The position numbers were made by a program, and so were the translations under genes. Under the pieces are notes generated by a model. The model made no database searches. It saw only the letters and a list, made by a program, of their open reading frames with translations, and was not told the origin of the DNA. Shown in pieces: positions 44,720 to 54,595 of a DNA stretch of 55,822 nucleotides. The DNA is from a virus (lineage: Duplodnaviria; Caudoviricetes). Positions within the stretch are counted from its first letter, which is position 1. Each line of letters begins with the position of its first letter. Location: the IMG/VR virus record IMGVR_UViG_3300020469_000059, positions 1 through 55,822 of that record; one strand, given 5' to 3'.

Positions 44720-45991
44720 CTAGGTGGAAGGAGGCGCGTGGACGATTGTGTCTTCTTTCAAGTAACCGCCCCTAAACTTTTTAGAAGTAGAAGATACGAT
44801 CAGGAAATCAGGCCAGTCGGTGTGGTTAGTCGCGTCGAAATCATACTTACCGGCGGTGCGGACATACGTCTCGTCTTCTGTTCCATTATCCACACGCACG
44901 GTTACGGGTCCGTGCAACGTCTCCCTGACTCTCAAATTAAAGTAAGGGGTAGACACAGCGATTGATTCGGGCTGCATGGTTTTAGTGAGGGTAGTTAGAG
45001 TAGGCGGGTTGAGAGACCAAGACCCAGAAACAGTAGCCTTACACGGTCCCCTATACGCGCCTTTCGAGTATTCGACCCTTGGTGAGAAGGTAATAGCTCC
45101 AGATCTTTTTTCCCAAGGGTCAAAATAAATATTATCTAGGACAGGCGGGAAAGAAAAGTTTACGGTTGTATTGTAGCCGTAAAGACCTCCGACTACATTT
45201 CCTGCTGAGTTTGTGGCAGTCGTGTTCACAACTTGTTGCTTTGTCACTGCATACCAGTTGTCCGAGAGTTGCTGCACCGTCCGTAGGATACCGCCAGTCG
45301 TTAGTTTCCAGTAAGGGCTGTTTGGGTCTTTTGCTAGAGCCGAGATAGGATATGATACAAAGTTTACTGTGACTTGCTCAGTCGCATACATCAAGGTCTG
45401 CTTCGTGTAGTTCGTCTGTGAAAAGAACTCGTCGAAGTCGAGTCGGTAAAGGGGGACTTTCTTCACGTAGACCCGCTGCTCAATGACATACAGGCCGTTA
45501 AGCACCTTGTCATTTATCGGAGTCTGCTTACGCTGTGCCAGAACATACGTATCGGTTTTATTCTGGTTAAGTTCATTGACCCTAGCGGTTGAGGGGAACT
45601 TATCGACCGGAACATTAGGCATGGTAGCCCCCATCGCGGGAAGTTCTGGGTTGAACTCGCTACGACGGATCACGTAGTCCCTCGCCACGGCATCGAACTT
45701 AGTTCCTCCGATGTCAGCTTCCGTGTGCGACCAGTTATCGTTGTCCTGATCTAGTTGATCCGCCGCGTAATAGTAACGGTAATACCGAGTCTGTTGTTTA
45801 GGGTCAGCGGCCTCGACATGGATCAGTCTGTGGTTTGGCCACTTCTTAGAGTCTGGGTGCTTGCTGCCGTATTCAGGAATCTCCGTCCCTACCTGCTCTG
45901 CGTCTACAGACTCAAAAAATAAGATGTCGTTGACGTTCGGTGTAGGGAACGTAACGACTGACTGTCTCTGCGGTGATGGGTTAAGGGCCAT
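44720..45991 (-). CDS. Putative tail structural protein
   Basis: Beta-rich 423-aa ORF in the structural operon. Confidence 0.55.
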   Translation of the reverse strand: MALNPSPQRQSVVTFPTPNVNDILFFESVDAEQVGTEIPEYGSKHPDSKKWPNHRLIHVEAADPKQQTRYYRYYYAADQLDQDNDNWSHTEADIGGTKFDAVARDYVIRRSEFNPELPAMGATMPNVPVDKFPSTARVNELNQNKTDTYVLAQRKQTPINDKVLNGLYVIEQRVYVKKVPLYRLDFDEFFSQTNYTKQTLMYATEQVTVNFVSYPISALAKDPNSPYWKLTTGGILRTVQQLSDNWYAVTKQQVVNTTATNSAGNVVGGLYGYNTTVNFSFPPVLDNIYFDPWEKRSGAITFSPRVEYSKGAYRGPCKATVSGSWSLNPPTLTTLTKTMQPESIAVSTPYFNLRVRETLHGPVTVRVDNGTEDETYVRTAGKYDFDATNHTDWPDFLIVSSTSKKFRGGYLKEDTIVHAPPST

Positions 45992-46007
45992 ATCCGTTTA
46001 TATCCGT

Positions 46008-46778
46008 TTAGGAGGTTGCAACTTTGATGATGGCGAAATTCACTATGACGGTTGCTGTTACATTACTAATCCCGCCATTCCTTATAGAAATATCACAAGA
46101 TCCTACTATGGTCTTGGTAACTGAAGCTGATAACGAGTCATGCCCGTCTTGTAAAGACACAACCACAACATCGTTCAACCCTATTGCTGTATTGGTCAAA
46201 GTAAAATTGATCGCCGGATCGGTCGGAGCGGCGTCAACTGCGGGTCGTTGAGCAGGATACGTGTGGTTGACACAGGTGATCACTCCAGAGGGAGCATTCA
46301 AGGTGACTCCCGTAGTAATTGGTAAGGTAGGTGGTGAGGTAGGGTCTTGAGACACCGTGCCGCCAGATGAGTATCCTAGATCTGCGCTGGCTAGGATGTC
46401 GGGTGCGGTAACATCTCCATTTGTCACAGAGACATTACCAGTTCCAACGGAAACATTCCCTGCTGACGTGATAATATCACCACTTCCCGTAGAGATACTG
46501 CCAGATCCCGTAGATATACTGCCTGATGACACGGTAATATTTCCAGATGTTACGGAGATGTTACCATTGGAAGTAATATTACCTGTCGCTGAAACCGTGT
46601 TTGCCGTTAGACTGTTCATGGACAGGTCAACCGTGCCAGTAACACTCGTTGAGCTAGTGATCGTATTAGGTCCGGCTGGTCCGGCTGGTCCGGTTGCACC
46701 CGACAACACGGTAAGCTGGACATCAGGGTCCGATACGGTGATGCTAGGTCGTAGTGTTTCTGTAACTGTTGTGTCCAT
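46008..46778 (-). CDS. Fibre protein with short collagen motif and beta-repeat shaft
   Basis: GATGPAGPAGP, then ~9 six- to seven-residue repeats like SGNITV/SGSIST/TGNVSV. Confidence 0.65.
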   Translation of the reverse strand: MDTTVTETLRPSITVSDPDVQLTVLSGATGPAGPAGPNTITSSTSVTGTVDLSMNSLTANTVSATGNITSNGNISVTSGNITVSSGSISTGSGSISTGSGDIITSAGNVSVGTGNVSVTNGDVTAPDILASADLGYSSGGTVSQDPTSPPTLPITTGVTLNAPSGVITCVNHTYPAQRPAVDAAPTDPAINFTLTNTAIGLNDVVVVSLQDGHDSLSASVTKTIVGSCDISIRNGGISNVTATVIVNFAIIKVATS

Positions 46779-46780
46779 TA

Positions 46781-47119
46781 TTAGGTAACGAAGTTAGAAA
46801 TATCGGTGACGTTCCCCTCGACTATTACGTCTCCGTAAATTAAGCGGGTCGTAATTTCGGGGGTTCCAGATTCGATACGAAAAATATCCCACTTGTAAGT
46901 GGTATTGGCGTCCAGCTTGAGCGACTCTGATCTAGGTAGGGTGACTGTCACCTCGCTCCCACTAAGCGTGCAAGTAAAAGACGCGACGAGTGGTTTCCCA
47001 CTAGCGCGTCTGATCTCGGACTTGAAGGTGTCGCCACTGATGGTGATGCCCGAAACAGTTATCTTAAACGAGAAATCCTCGCCCCTACTTACAATTAGAT
47101 TATGCTTTGCTGCTGCCAT
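46781..47119 (-). CDS. Fibre adaptor-like Ig-fold virion protein
   Basis: L.V.RGEDF...Y.WDI...RLIYG.V.V pattern typical upstream of fibres. Confidence 0.6.
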   Translation of the reverse strand: MAAAKHNLIVSRGEDFSFKITVSGITISGDTFKSEIRRASGKPLVASFTCTLSGSEVTVTLPRSESLKLDANTTYKWDIFRIESGTPEITTRLIYGDVIVEGNVTDISNFVT

Positions 47120-47423
47120 CGGTCATTGCCTTTTCCACGGCGATGACGAAGTCTACCTTATTCGGCTTGCCTTGTCCAGCGTCCGATTTCATCGGGCCAC
47201 CATTGACCACGTAAGCGTGGACAGACTCCAGATAGTCGTTGGCGAGGGTCATTTTTGACTGAACCCAAGCCTCGGTCATCCTCGGCGAGCCGCAGCCGCA
47301 CTGCTCCATGAGCTGTTCGGCGTTGGCCATAATGTTAGACAACTGCTGCTGGATCATCTCCAGATCCTTCTGAACATCGTGGTGATGCTCAGAAGGCTCC
47401 TCGGACTGGTATACGGTGTTCAT
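47100..47423 (-). CDS. Conserved hypothetical phage protein
   Basis: EAWVQSKMTLANDYL motif recalled from other aquatic phage proteins. Confidence 0.6.
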   Translation of the reverse strand: MNTVYQSEEPSEHHHDVQKDLEMIQQQLSNIMANAEQLMEQCGCGSPRMTEAWVQSKMTLANDYLESVHAYVVNGGPMKSDAGQGKPNKVDFVIAVEKAMTDGSSKA

Positions 47424-48898
47424 TAGGAATTACGATAAAACTGTAGAGCGAACTTATTGACCGACGCCTTATCATCTCCAATACCGCCCACGTCTGCAAG
47501 CATAGACTTCATCTTCTCAAGCTTTCCTCTGTCCATGCGGGACTTCGGATCGAACTCGGTTGCGTGAAGATCCTTGAATATCTCAATAGCTTTGTCGGTG
47601 TAATCTTCTGGATCAGACCCAGTCCCAAACATATCTTGGTTGCCACCAGCGACAGCTTTCAATTCCTCTGGGGTTGGTGCTGCTGGCCCAGTCCCAAACA
47701 TATCTTGGTTGTCACCAGCGACAGCTTTCAATTCCTCTGGGGTTGGTGCTGCTGCTGGCTTTGCTGCTGGCTTTGCTGCTGGCTCTGCTGGCTCTGCTGC
47801 TTCTGTTGCTGTTGGCTCTGCTGCTGGCGGCGCGGAAAAATTGAAGGAGTCTCCGGTAGGCACGGCGTCTACCGTGGCTCGTCTTTCCTCTAATGCTTTG
47901 CGTTCTGCTGCATTTCTTTCATTTCGTTCTTTGCGGCGAGCTGCGGCTGCTGCATACTTTGCGTCGTATGCATCCCGTTCTTCTGGGGTCATCATCGCAC
48001 GGGCTTCTCGCCTACGGGCAGTTGCGGCTTCTCTCCCTTTATCGGCATCTACTTTTACGTTTTCACCAAGCTTAGAATCGATGATATCTCTAATTGCCGA
48101 AATGTTTCCGTAGGCTACGTCTACTGGACTTGTGACACTATCCATAGCGGCTTCTCCGCTGAAATACGTATCGTCATCATAGTCCGCAAATTGATCTTCG
48201 ACTCTTTGTCTCTCTTCCTCATCAGTCAAATCATACAAGTCTTTCGCCGCGAGAACTGCACCAAGCGCGCCAGATGCTTTGGCTACTTTGTTGGCTATCG
48301 GTTTAGCACCTTTCAAGAAGCCTGCAACCCGTCCAGTATTTGTAGCTGCTTCTTCGGCTACTTCTTCAGCGGCCTTTTTAGCGGCCTTTTTAGCGGCGTC
48401 GGATGCGTCTTGAACTGCCTGTGTGGCTTTTTGACCTGCCTGTTGCCCTTGCTCCATGCCTTGCTTGAAGCCCTTTGGTTTGGCGGATGCTTTAGGCTTA
48501 TCTGCTTTAGCGGATGCTTTAGGCTGCTCTGCTTTAGCGGATGCTTTAGGCTTCGTTTCCCCAGAAATTTTTGCTACCTCTTCTTTGAAAGTTTTATCAG
48601 TCCAAGCTTTTCTTTCACCATCGGTCATTTTATCCCATTCCCCCGAATCGAGGAGGTCCATCATCTTGTTATAAGTCCTCGTATGCGCTCTTGAATTAGG
48701 GGGTCCACCCGCTCTTACCTCAACTCTTGATAAAAAATCTTCAGGTTCGGCGGATAACAGTTTGTTTACCACTTCGCGATTTTTTTGAAGTAGTTCTTGC
48801 TGTCCGCTAGTCAACGGGCGTCCCTCTAAAGCTAATTCAAGGGCGGTTTTTAAAGGTGAGTTTGAAGCTAACTCGGCTGCGGTTTTTAGTGTCGCCAT
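47423..48898 (-). CDS. Ala/Lys/Glu-rich low-complexity protein with internal repeats
   Basis: PKASAK x3 and APTPEELKAVAGxNQDMFGTG x2 (69-bp period). Confidence 0.7.
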   Translation of the reverse strand: MATLKTAAELASNSPLKTALELALEGRPLTSGQQELLQKNREVVNKLLSAEPEDFLSRVEVRAGGPPNSRAHTRTYNKMMDLLDSGEWDKMTDGERKAWTDKTFKEEVAKISGETKPKASAKAEQPKASAKADKPKASAKPKGFKQGMEQGQQAGQKATQAVQDASDAAKKAAKKAAEEVAEEAATNTGRVAGFLKGAKPIANKVAKASGALGAVLAAKDLYDLTDEEERQRVEDQFADYDDDTYFSGEAAMDSVTSPVDVAYGNISAIRDIIDSKLGENVKVDADKGREAATARRREARAMMTPEERDAYDAKYAAAAARRKERNERNAAERKALEERRATVDAVPTGDSFNFSAPPAAEPTATEAAEPAEPAAKPAAKPAAAPTPEELKAVAGDNQDMFGTGPAAPTPEELKAVAGGNQDMFGTGSDPEDYTDKAIEIFKDLHATEFDPKSRMDRGKLEKMKSMLADVGGIGDDKASVNKFALQFYRNS

Positions 48899-48913
48899 AA
48901 TAATTGTTTCCGT

Positions 48914-48958
48914 AAAAAAGAACCCCGCTGCCCGTTTTAGAGACAGGCAACGGGGTTC
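48914..48958 (-). terminator. Intrinsic terminator after capsid/decoration genes
   Basis: GAACCCCG...CGGGGTTC stem with T6 tract on the - strand. Confidence 0.8.
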
Positions 48959-48982
48959 ATGTTAAGTGAATCGGGATTCGGG

Positions 48983-49180
48983 TTAGGCTGGATCAAGAGT
49001 TGCCTGAAGGGCAATAGCAAGTTCTGAAAGCTTAATCGTTTTAGCTTTTTGCTCAGAGACATCATAGACCTGAATCAAATCATCTCCGTGAGCGCGTCCA
49101 GCATCGTCGCCAGCCGTTCCGGCATTTAATCCAGTCAAGGAAGCTACCTGACCTGTTGGTGCGTCATCTAGTGTTGGCAT
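48983..49180 (-). CDS. Small capsid-associated (decoration/head fibre-like) protein
   Basis: Directly downstream of the capsid gene; D.I.VYDVS...KTI.LSEL motif. Confidence 0.55.
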   Translation of the reverse strand: MPTLDDAPTGQVASLTGLNAGTAGDDAGRAHGDDLIQVYDVSEQKAKTIKLSELAIALQATLDPA

Positions 49181-49242
49181 AATTCTATAAGTGTTACGCT
49201 AAGTAGGGGGCGCGTATTGCACCCCCTACCCAACTAGATTAA

Positions 49243-50550
49243 TTAAGCAGCAGGAGTGCTGGAGTCACGCTTGAAGAGGATCGCATATCCAAACTCAGTC
49301 TTGATGGGCTTGGTAGCACTGGCGAGAACACCACGGAAGAATCCGATGGAACCGTCAGGGTTTGTGATCTCGTTAGCGATGTTCTTCCAGTCAAACTTAC
49401 CACGGTAGTTGACAGGGTCGAAGCTGAGTCCGTTAGAACCACTCATCGGATTAGGGATGAGGGCTTCGCAAACTTCAGGGTGAAGAACGTAAGCTGCCTC
49501 AATAGAAGCGGCTTCGTAAGCGGGGTTCGGGGTAGCGATCCCGTTAGAGTCAACGGTGTAAGGCTCAACCAAGTTGAGTGTTCCGTCAGCGGTGTCGGAG
49601 CCACTACCGTCGATGTCGGCGTCCTGCTCAAAGCGAGGAGCGAGATCGTCAACGAGGTGGTAGAATCCACGGAAGGACTTCTCGATACCAAGTGGAGCAA
49701 TCAGGTCACTGACCTTAGCGTTGTTGTAGCGAACGTCATCGCGGAATCCGGCCTCAGTCTGGAGCTGGTAAGAAGCTTCAGAAGAAAGGACAATCGAGAA
49801 TACCGGACGACCGTTCTCACGACCGTAAGAGTTGCTACCAGCACCTGCGCGGACCTGTCGGAAATAGACTTTGTCCAGAATGGCGTTGGAGAGGTTTCCG
49901 GTAACAGCGGTAGCTGTGATTACCTGATCGACAGTTGAGGAGCCTTCTTTACCAGCAGTAAAGGTGGAAGCAGCACTCTTACAGAGAACGATGTTATCAA
50001 CAACCTTATCAAACTCATCACGGTAGCGGGTCTCCCAAGTGTTGCGGGTGACCTGAGTCATGATGTCCATGATGGCACGGAGCTGATCCTGACGGTGTGC
50101 AGCGAAGCGGAGGTCTTCAAGCGAAATGCGTGGAGACTCGATTACAGCACGCTCAAGACTGAACGCTTTGAGCTTCTTGTTGAAATTAACAAACGAGCGT
50201 TTGTCAGCAGCTCCAGTTCCACGTCCACCCTGTGCGTCTTGTGCGGTGTCAGCGACATCGACAATGTCGCCGGACGATGTTGAGGTTGCAGAAAAGGTGT
50301 TTCCAACAGCGCCCCAGTTAGCTCCAACAGTAGTTCCACCAGCAGAAGTGGTGGCGATTGCACGGTCATAAACGAGCGTGGTCTGTTGGTATCCCATTCC
50401 ATCAGGGAATGCGGACTGCTTAGTGAGATCCAACCAAGGAGAGGTGTGGAGCGTGCGTGAGTAGATATCCTTGCCGATGCGGTTAGCTTCTTCAGCGAGA
50501 ATCGTGTTAATAGCGGTGGTTCCAGCGGAACCTACATCAAATGTAGACAT
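49243..50550 (-). CDS. Major capsid protein
   Basis: 435 aa after scaffold, strongly biased codon use, own promoter; likely ATG at 50550. Confidence 0.8.
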   Translation of the reverse strand: MSTFDVGSAGTTAINTILAEEANRIGKDIYSRTLHTSPWLDLTKQSAFPDGMGYQQTTLVYDRAIATTSAGGTTVGANWGAVGNTFSATSTSSGDIVDVADTAQDAQGGRGTGAADKRSFVNFNKKLKAFSLERAVIESPRISLEDLRFAAHRQDQLRAIMDIMTQVTRNTWETRYRDEFDKVVDNIVLCKSAASTFTAGKEGSSTVDQVITATAVTGNLSNAILDKVYFRQVRAGAGSNSYGRENGRPVFSIVLSSEASYQLQTEAGFRDDVRYNNAKVSDLIAPLGIEKSFRGFYHLVDDLAPRFEQDADIDGSGSDTADGTLNLVEPYTVDSNGIATPNPAYEAASIEAAYVLHPEVCEALIPNPMSGSNGLSFDPVNYRGKFDWKNIANEITNPDGSIGFFRGVLASATKPIKTEFGYAILFKRDSSTPAA

Positions 50551-50716
50551 TGTTCTAAATAAATAAAGGTTTGCGCTTCCGGCCAACGGGGTCGGAAACT
50601 AAAAGAGTTTAGGACGAACCTCTTAGAACTATGCAATGGCTAGAGCAACCGGAGTTTCTATGTGCTGTATCAGTCGTTTTTAGAACTATTCAAAGGCTAG
50701 AGCAACCTAACTGATA
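50551..50716 (-). promoter_or_regulatory. Structured capsid 5' leader with two 28-nt direct repeats
   Basis: 50623-50650 and 50680-50707 match at 26/28 nt; each is enclosed by a different closing stem. Confidence 0.7.
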
Positions 50717-50721
50717 AGCGA

Positions 50722-50749
50722 ATCTTAACACTGTATGCCAATCTGTCAA
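50722..50749 (-). promoter_or_regulatory. Sigma70-type promoter for the capsid gene
   Basis: TTGACA-N16-TAAGAT with TGn extended -10. Confidence 0.7.
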
Positions 50750-50830
50750 CGGGGTCACTCAGACGCGAGGGCGGACAAAATCAGCATCCAAATTATGGCG
50801 AGTAAAGCTGTTTCGTAATAATCCATAACT

Positions 50831-50860
50831 AAAAAGGGGCCAGCTTAATGCTGACCCCTT
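50831..50860 (-). terminator. Intrinsic terminator after the scaffold gene
   Basis: AAGGGGTCAGC-atta-aGCTGGCCCCTTTTT on the - strand. Confidence 0.75.
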
Positions 50861-50886
50861 ACTATATACGGACGTAGGTAAATTTA

Positions 50887-52056
50887 TTACACAGCACCTA
50901 AAGCGGCGTTGACCCGCTCCTCAAAGCTCGCTGTATCAGATACTCCGGCTCTGGTCAATGGTGCTCTCGTCTGGCCAGACATAGCTGGCTCCGCTTCCTC
51001 ATATTCAGCGAGGCGGTCGGTCAGTGACTCGACTTCCTTACGCATCTCCAGATACTGCCGGACGACAGTCGGGAAAACTTGGGCGGATACCGCATTGTAG
51101 GCGTGGTCAACAGGGTGCAGGACAGATGGATCGGTCTCAGACGCCTTCTGCTGGATGGCCGACATATCTAGGCCGTCGATTCCGTTGAGAAACGGCAGCT
51201 TCTGCTGGACACGCTCAACAACATTCCTTGTGATGTTCTGCCTAAGCTGGGCATTTTCCGCTGCGCTCGCGGCCTGCTGCTGCTCCTCCAATTGCTTTGC
51301 TTCTGCCAATGCAGCGTCGGCGTTAGAGTAAAGATGTTCTCTTCGCTGCAAAATAGGGTCGATGTCCTCCATGATCCGGTAGATCTTGGCCTTGTCCCGA
51401 TCACTAGCACTCGGCATAAGCTCCGATAGCTGCTCTTCTTGTTCCTGCGGGTCGTCCAGAGACAGCACGTCAATCAGGGCGTCAGAATCAACCTCATACT
51501 TGTCAGCGATCTGGTCAGCCTGCTCTACAAGTGCTTCCAGTGGCTGCGAGACCGCCTGCTGGTAAGCAGGAGTCTGCTCCAGATTCGTCAAAGCCTGCTG
51601 CTGCTCATACTCAGCGAGCCGCTCTTGTAGCTGCTCAACGTCTTTATTCTCAACGAGTCCCGTCAGTTCTTGGATCTTTGATTGGTATTCTGTGGACTGC
51701 TGCCTCAACATATCCAACTCAGAACGGTTCGTCTTCAACTCAGTCTTGAGTTCCTTGAAACGGTTAGCCGCTTTAGGCGTCCAGTCATCACCAATGTCGT
51801 CAGTCAGGCTCTCAATCGGATCTGTATCCTGAACCTCTGCAACTGGTTCCGGTTCCACTGATTCCGGTTCAGGATCAGGGGTAGGGGGTTCGGGATCGGT
51901 GGTTGCTTGATCCATGTTCGCGAAAGCGGCTTCCAGTGAAGCTTCAAAGGAAGCTGGTTCAGTGGCGTCCGGTAAGGCGTCGATGTTAGTTGGTGCTTCT
52001 ACGGCTTCGGGAGCCTCTACGGCTGCTTCTACAGGTGCTTCTACAGGTGCGTCCAT
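50887..52056 (-). CDS. Capsid scaffolding protein
   Basis: Acidic Pro-rich N-terminus, coiled coil, between portal and capsid. Confidence 0.75.
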   Translation of the reverse strand: MDAPVEAPVEAAVEAPEAVEAPTNIDALPDATEPASFEASLEAAFANMDQATTDPEPPTPDPEPESVEPEPVAEVQDTDPIESLTDDIGDDWTPKAANRFKELKTELKTNRSELDMLRQQSTEYQSKIQELTGLVENKDVEQLQERLAEYEQQQALTNLEQTPAYQQAVSQPLEALVEQADQIADKYEVDSDALIDVLSLDDPQEQEEQLSELMPSASDRDKAKIYRIMEDIDPILQRREHLYSNADAALAEAKQLEEQQQAASAAENAQLRQNITRNVVERVQQKLPFLNGIDGLDMSAIQQKASETDPSVLHPVDHAYNAVSAQVFPTVVRQYLEMRKEVESLTDRLAEYEEAEPAMSGQTRAPLTRAGVSDTASFEERVNAALGAV

Positions 52057-52337
52057 TCGTCGGGTTGGTTGGTTTTAGTGTTGGAGGGCCGATGAGTCAG
52101 CTTCTCCAGATCATTAAAGGCGTCCCTGTATCCCGCATACCAAGCCAGTTTATGGCTGTTCGCTTGCGGATCTGCATCCAACGACGTAACCGTTGGGCCA
52201 GAAGCCTCTTTCAAAATAGCAATAGCCTGTCGCAAGGTAGGGTCGTCGATGATCTCCTTGAGCCTTGTAACTGACTTTAAATCGTTGAACCAGTGTTCCA
52301 GTTTGATTGGGACTACGGCTTTCTTTTTAGCTGGCAT
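52041..52337 (-). CDS. Small portal-adjacent protein
   Basis: Typical position between portal and scaffold; coupled overlaps. Confidence 0.65.
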   Translation of the reverse strand: MPAKKKAVVPIKLEHWFNDLKSVTRLKEIIDDPTLRQAIAILKEASGPTVTSLDADPQANSHKLAWYAGYRDAFNDLEKLTHRPSNTKTNQPDEWTHL

Positions 52338-54559
52338 TATTCTTGTTCACGAAACTTCAAGGCGGCTTGCGCGTCGCGAATCGCTTGCTCTTGGTCGAAC
52401 TTTTGTTGCTTGATAGCCATCTCAAGTTCAGCCTTCTGCTGCGTAATCTGCATATCGACTTGCGCCTTCTGTAGCTTCATGTCTACCTCAGACATCTGAG
52501 GCTGTCCAGCCTCTTCTTGAATATTTTCTGCCTGTTCTCTCTGGATCTTTTCCAACGCCTTCATGGTGTTGTTGATCGCCTCTTCAGCATACTGGAGAAT
52601 CTGCTTGGCGTTTCCGACTACGGCTCCCAATGCCGGATCACCGGATGCGTATTGGGCGGTCTCGGAAATGTGCTGGTAGAGTGCCTGCAACGCCGGAAGA
52701 ACCTGCTGCGGATCTGCTTGGCCCTCGTTGATGGCCTGAATGAACTGCTGCAACAGCGGGACGTGCAACTGCAAGTGCTGGCCGTGTAACTCGCTAGAGA
52801 CAACAGGAACCTGCTGGCCCTGCTGCAACTGCTGGTTCTCAAGATACGCGATCTTGGTATCTACCGTCTGTCTCTCCGACTCTTGCGCCGGAACGTAGCG
52901 ATCCGCGAGGTCGTGGCCGACACGAGTGCTAACGATGTCACGAGTAAGGTTGCGGCGACCAACGTCGTCGAATTGACCACTGATTCCTTGAAGCTCGCGA
53001 AGCGAGACGAGTCTGTTTGCGTGCGATCCATTACCAATGGAACGAACTGCTTTGGTTTGTGCGACATCTAATTTTTGAATGAATTCTTTCTCTACGCCCC
53101 GCTTCTCACAGCGGTCGAAGAAATCTTTAATCGCCGCATCAGGCCGCTTGACCTGAACAATACGACGGACCATCTCGCGCATCAGGCGAGTCCAACTTGA
53201 GTAAAAGAGGTTAAGCGTTGAACCACTAATCCTTGTAGCGACATCCATGTCCGCTACCACCTGCATCTTGTTCTTGTATGGCGATGTCTGGTTCGGGCCA
53301 TACGGAGACATCGTATCAGTGTTGAGGTTCAACTGCTGAGTGAGATCCTGCAAGGCTGGCTGAACCGCTGTTCCTAAGTTCGGAATAGCCTTCTCGACGA
53401 TCTTCACGTTAGGTGACATCACGGCATACGCTCCGTAGAACGTGAAGCTGAGTTCGTCTAGCGAGCGTTGGTTCTCCGGCTGGATCATCACCGACGAAGC
53501 CAACATCGCGCCGTCGATCTGCTGACAACGGAGCCTGTTACTGGTCTGGATGTGGGAGAAGATCCGCTGGCCGAGTCCTCTGATCGAGTGGTAAGTGCCG
53601 TTACTGCCTACTCCATAAGTGAAGAAGATATACGCCTGTTCAGGCGAATCGTAGCGACTGACTTTCTTGTAGAGGAAATCTTTAGGACTAGACTCAGCAG
53701 ATATGTAATGACTCACGCTACCGTCGATCTCACGCACCCAGTAGTGCAACACGTCAACAGTGGGGTTCTGGATGCCTGTGTAGAGATCGTTGTTCTTAAT
53801 CTCTGCCTGCAACGCTTCATAGTCGGAGTATGTGTTGCCGGACGTGTAAGCACGGCCAGAGGTCTTGACGTTCTCCATCATGACCCGCTTGACCTCTTTT
53901 ACGTTCCAGCCGACCGCCTTAGCGGCCTTCTCGTTCTTAATAAAGTGGTATAGTTCGTGTAGCTGATACTGGCGGCGTCCGACCGCGATATCGATTGAGT
54001 TCTCCGATGCCTGCGACTGGCGCGGAATCAGAATGTCAGCGAAGCCGCCGACGCGGAACTTCCAGTCTTCGGGCGAGTCGAAGTAAGCGACTCCGACTCC
54101 ATGCTTAATAAACTGTGTGCAGAGGCGTAGGTAGCTGCTGTGGAACTCCGGCCAGCGTCGGAAGAGATCCGTCAGCTCTTGCGCTACGATGTCCTCCTTT
54201 GGCCCTGTTTCGCTCCTCTCGCCTGTAGTAGCCTTTACCTCCACAAGACGCTCCAAAGAGGTGTATAGGTCAACGTAGGCCGAAAGAGAGATGTCCAGCA
54301 GACGCTGCGCTTCCCCGAAGTTCAGGTTGGTCTTGAGTCCCTGACCACTGGCCGCTAACTGCGATTCGTTGTAGGGTGCAACGCCGTCGAACATACTGTC
54401 GATCCGCGAGCGGTTCACGGCGGACTTTTCGTCTGCGCGTAGCAAGGTTGCAAAAATACCGACGGCGGCTTTTACATCCTTGAGACGTGTTTCGACAGGC
54501 TTACCCTTTTCATCGAGGCTCCCTAAATCGAGGCCGTCTAAGTCAATTAAATTTGACAT
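52337..54559 (-). CDS. Portal protein
   Basis: 740 aa, first gene of the head operon, Gln-rich helical C-terminal barrel as in P22-type portals. Confidence 0.8.
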   Translation of the reverse strand: MSNLIDLDGLDLGSLDEKGKPVETRLKDVKAAVGIFATLLRADEKSAVNRSRIDSMFDGVAPYNESQLAASGQGLKTNLNFGEAQRLLDISLSAYVDLYTSLERLVEVKATTGERSETGPKEDIVAQELTDLFRRWPEFHSSYLRLCTQFIKHGVGVAYFDSPEDWKFRVGGFADILIPRQSQASENSIDIAVGRRQYQLHELYHFIKNEKAAKAVGWNVKEVKRVMMENVKTSGRAYTSGNTYSDYEALQAEIKNNDLYTGIQNPTVDVLHYWVREIDGSVSHYISAESSPKDFLYKKVSRYDSPEQAYIFFTYGVGSNGTYHSIRGLGQRIFSHIQTSNRLRCQQIDGAMLASSVMIQPENQRSLDELSFTFYGAYAVMSPNVKIVEKAIPNLGTAVQPALQDLTQQLNLNTDTMSPYGPNQTSPYKNKMQVVADMDVATRISGSTLNLFYSSWTRLMREMVRRIVQVKRPDAAIKDFFDRCEKRGVEKEFIQKLDVAQTKAVRSIGNGSHANRLVSLRELQGISGQFDDVGRRNLTRDIVSTRVGHDLADRYVPAQESERQTVDTKIAYLENQQLQQGQQVPVVSSELHGQHLQLHVPLLQQFIQAINEGQADPQQVLPALQALYQHISETAQYASGDPALGAVVGNAKQILQYAEEAINNTMKALEKIQREQAENIQEEAGQPQMSEVDMKLQKAQVDMQITQQKAELEMAIKQQKFDQEQAIRDAQAALKFREQE

Positions 54560-54567
54560 ACTTGGCT

Positions 54568-54595
54568 AGTATATTGTTTTGACGGGTAATGTCAA
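54568..54595 (-). promoter_or_regulatory. Sigma70-type promoter for portal, near-leaderless
   Basis: TTGACA-N16-TATACT, 8 nt before the ATG at 54559. Confidence 0.7.

Noticed and set aside
49201-49231. Terminator or frameshift signal after the capsid gene
   Set aside because: Strong hairpin but no U tract and no slippery site; an in-frame TAG follows the TAA three codons later, so it is more likely an mRNA-stabilising stem
50619-50707. Mini-CRISPR array (GTT...AAAC-ended repeat, ~26-nt spacer, degenerate second repeat)
   Set aside because: Only two units, no cas operon, and the would-be spacer pairs with the flanks to form closing stems; a structured leader explains it better
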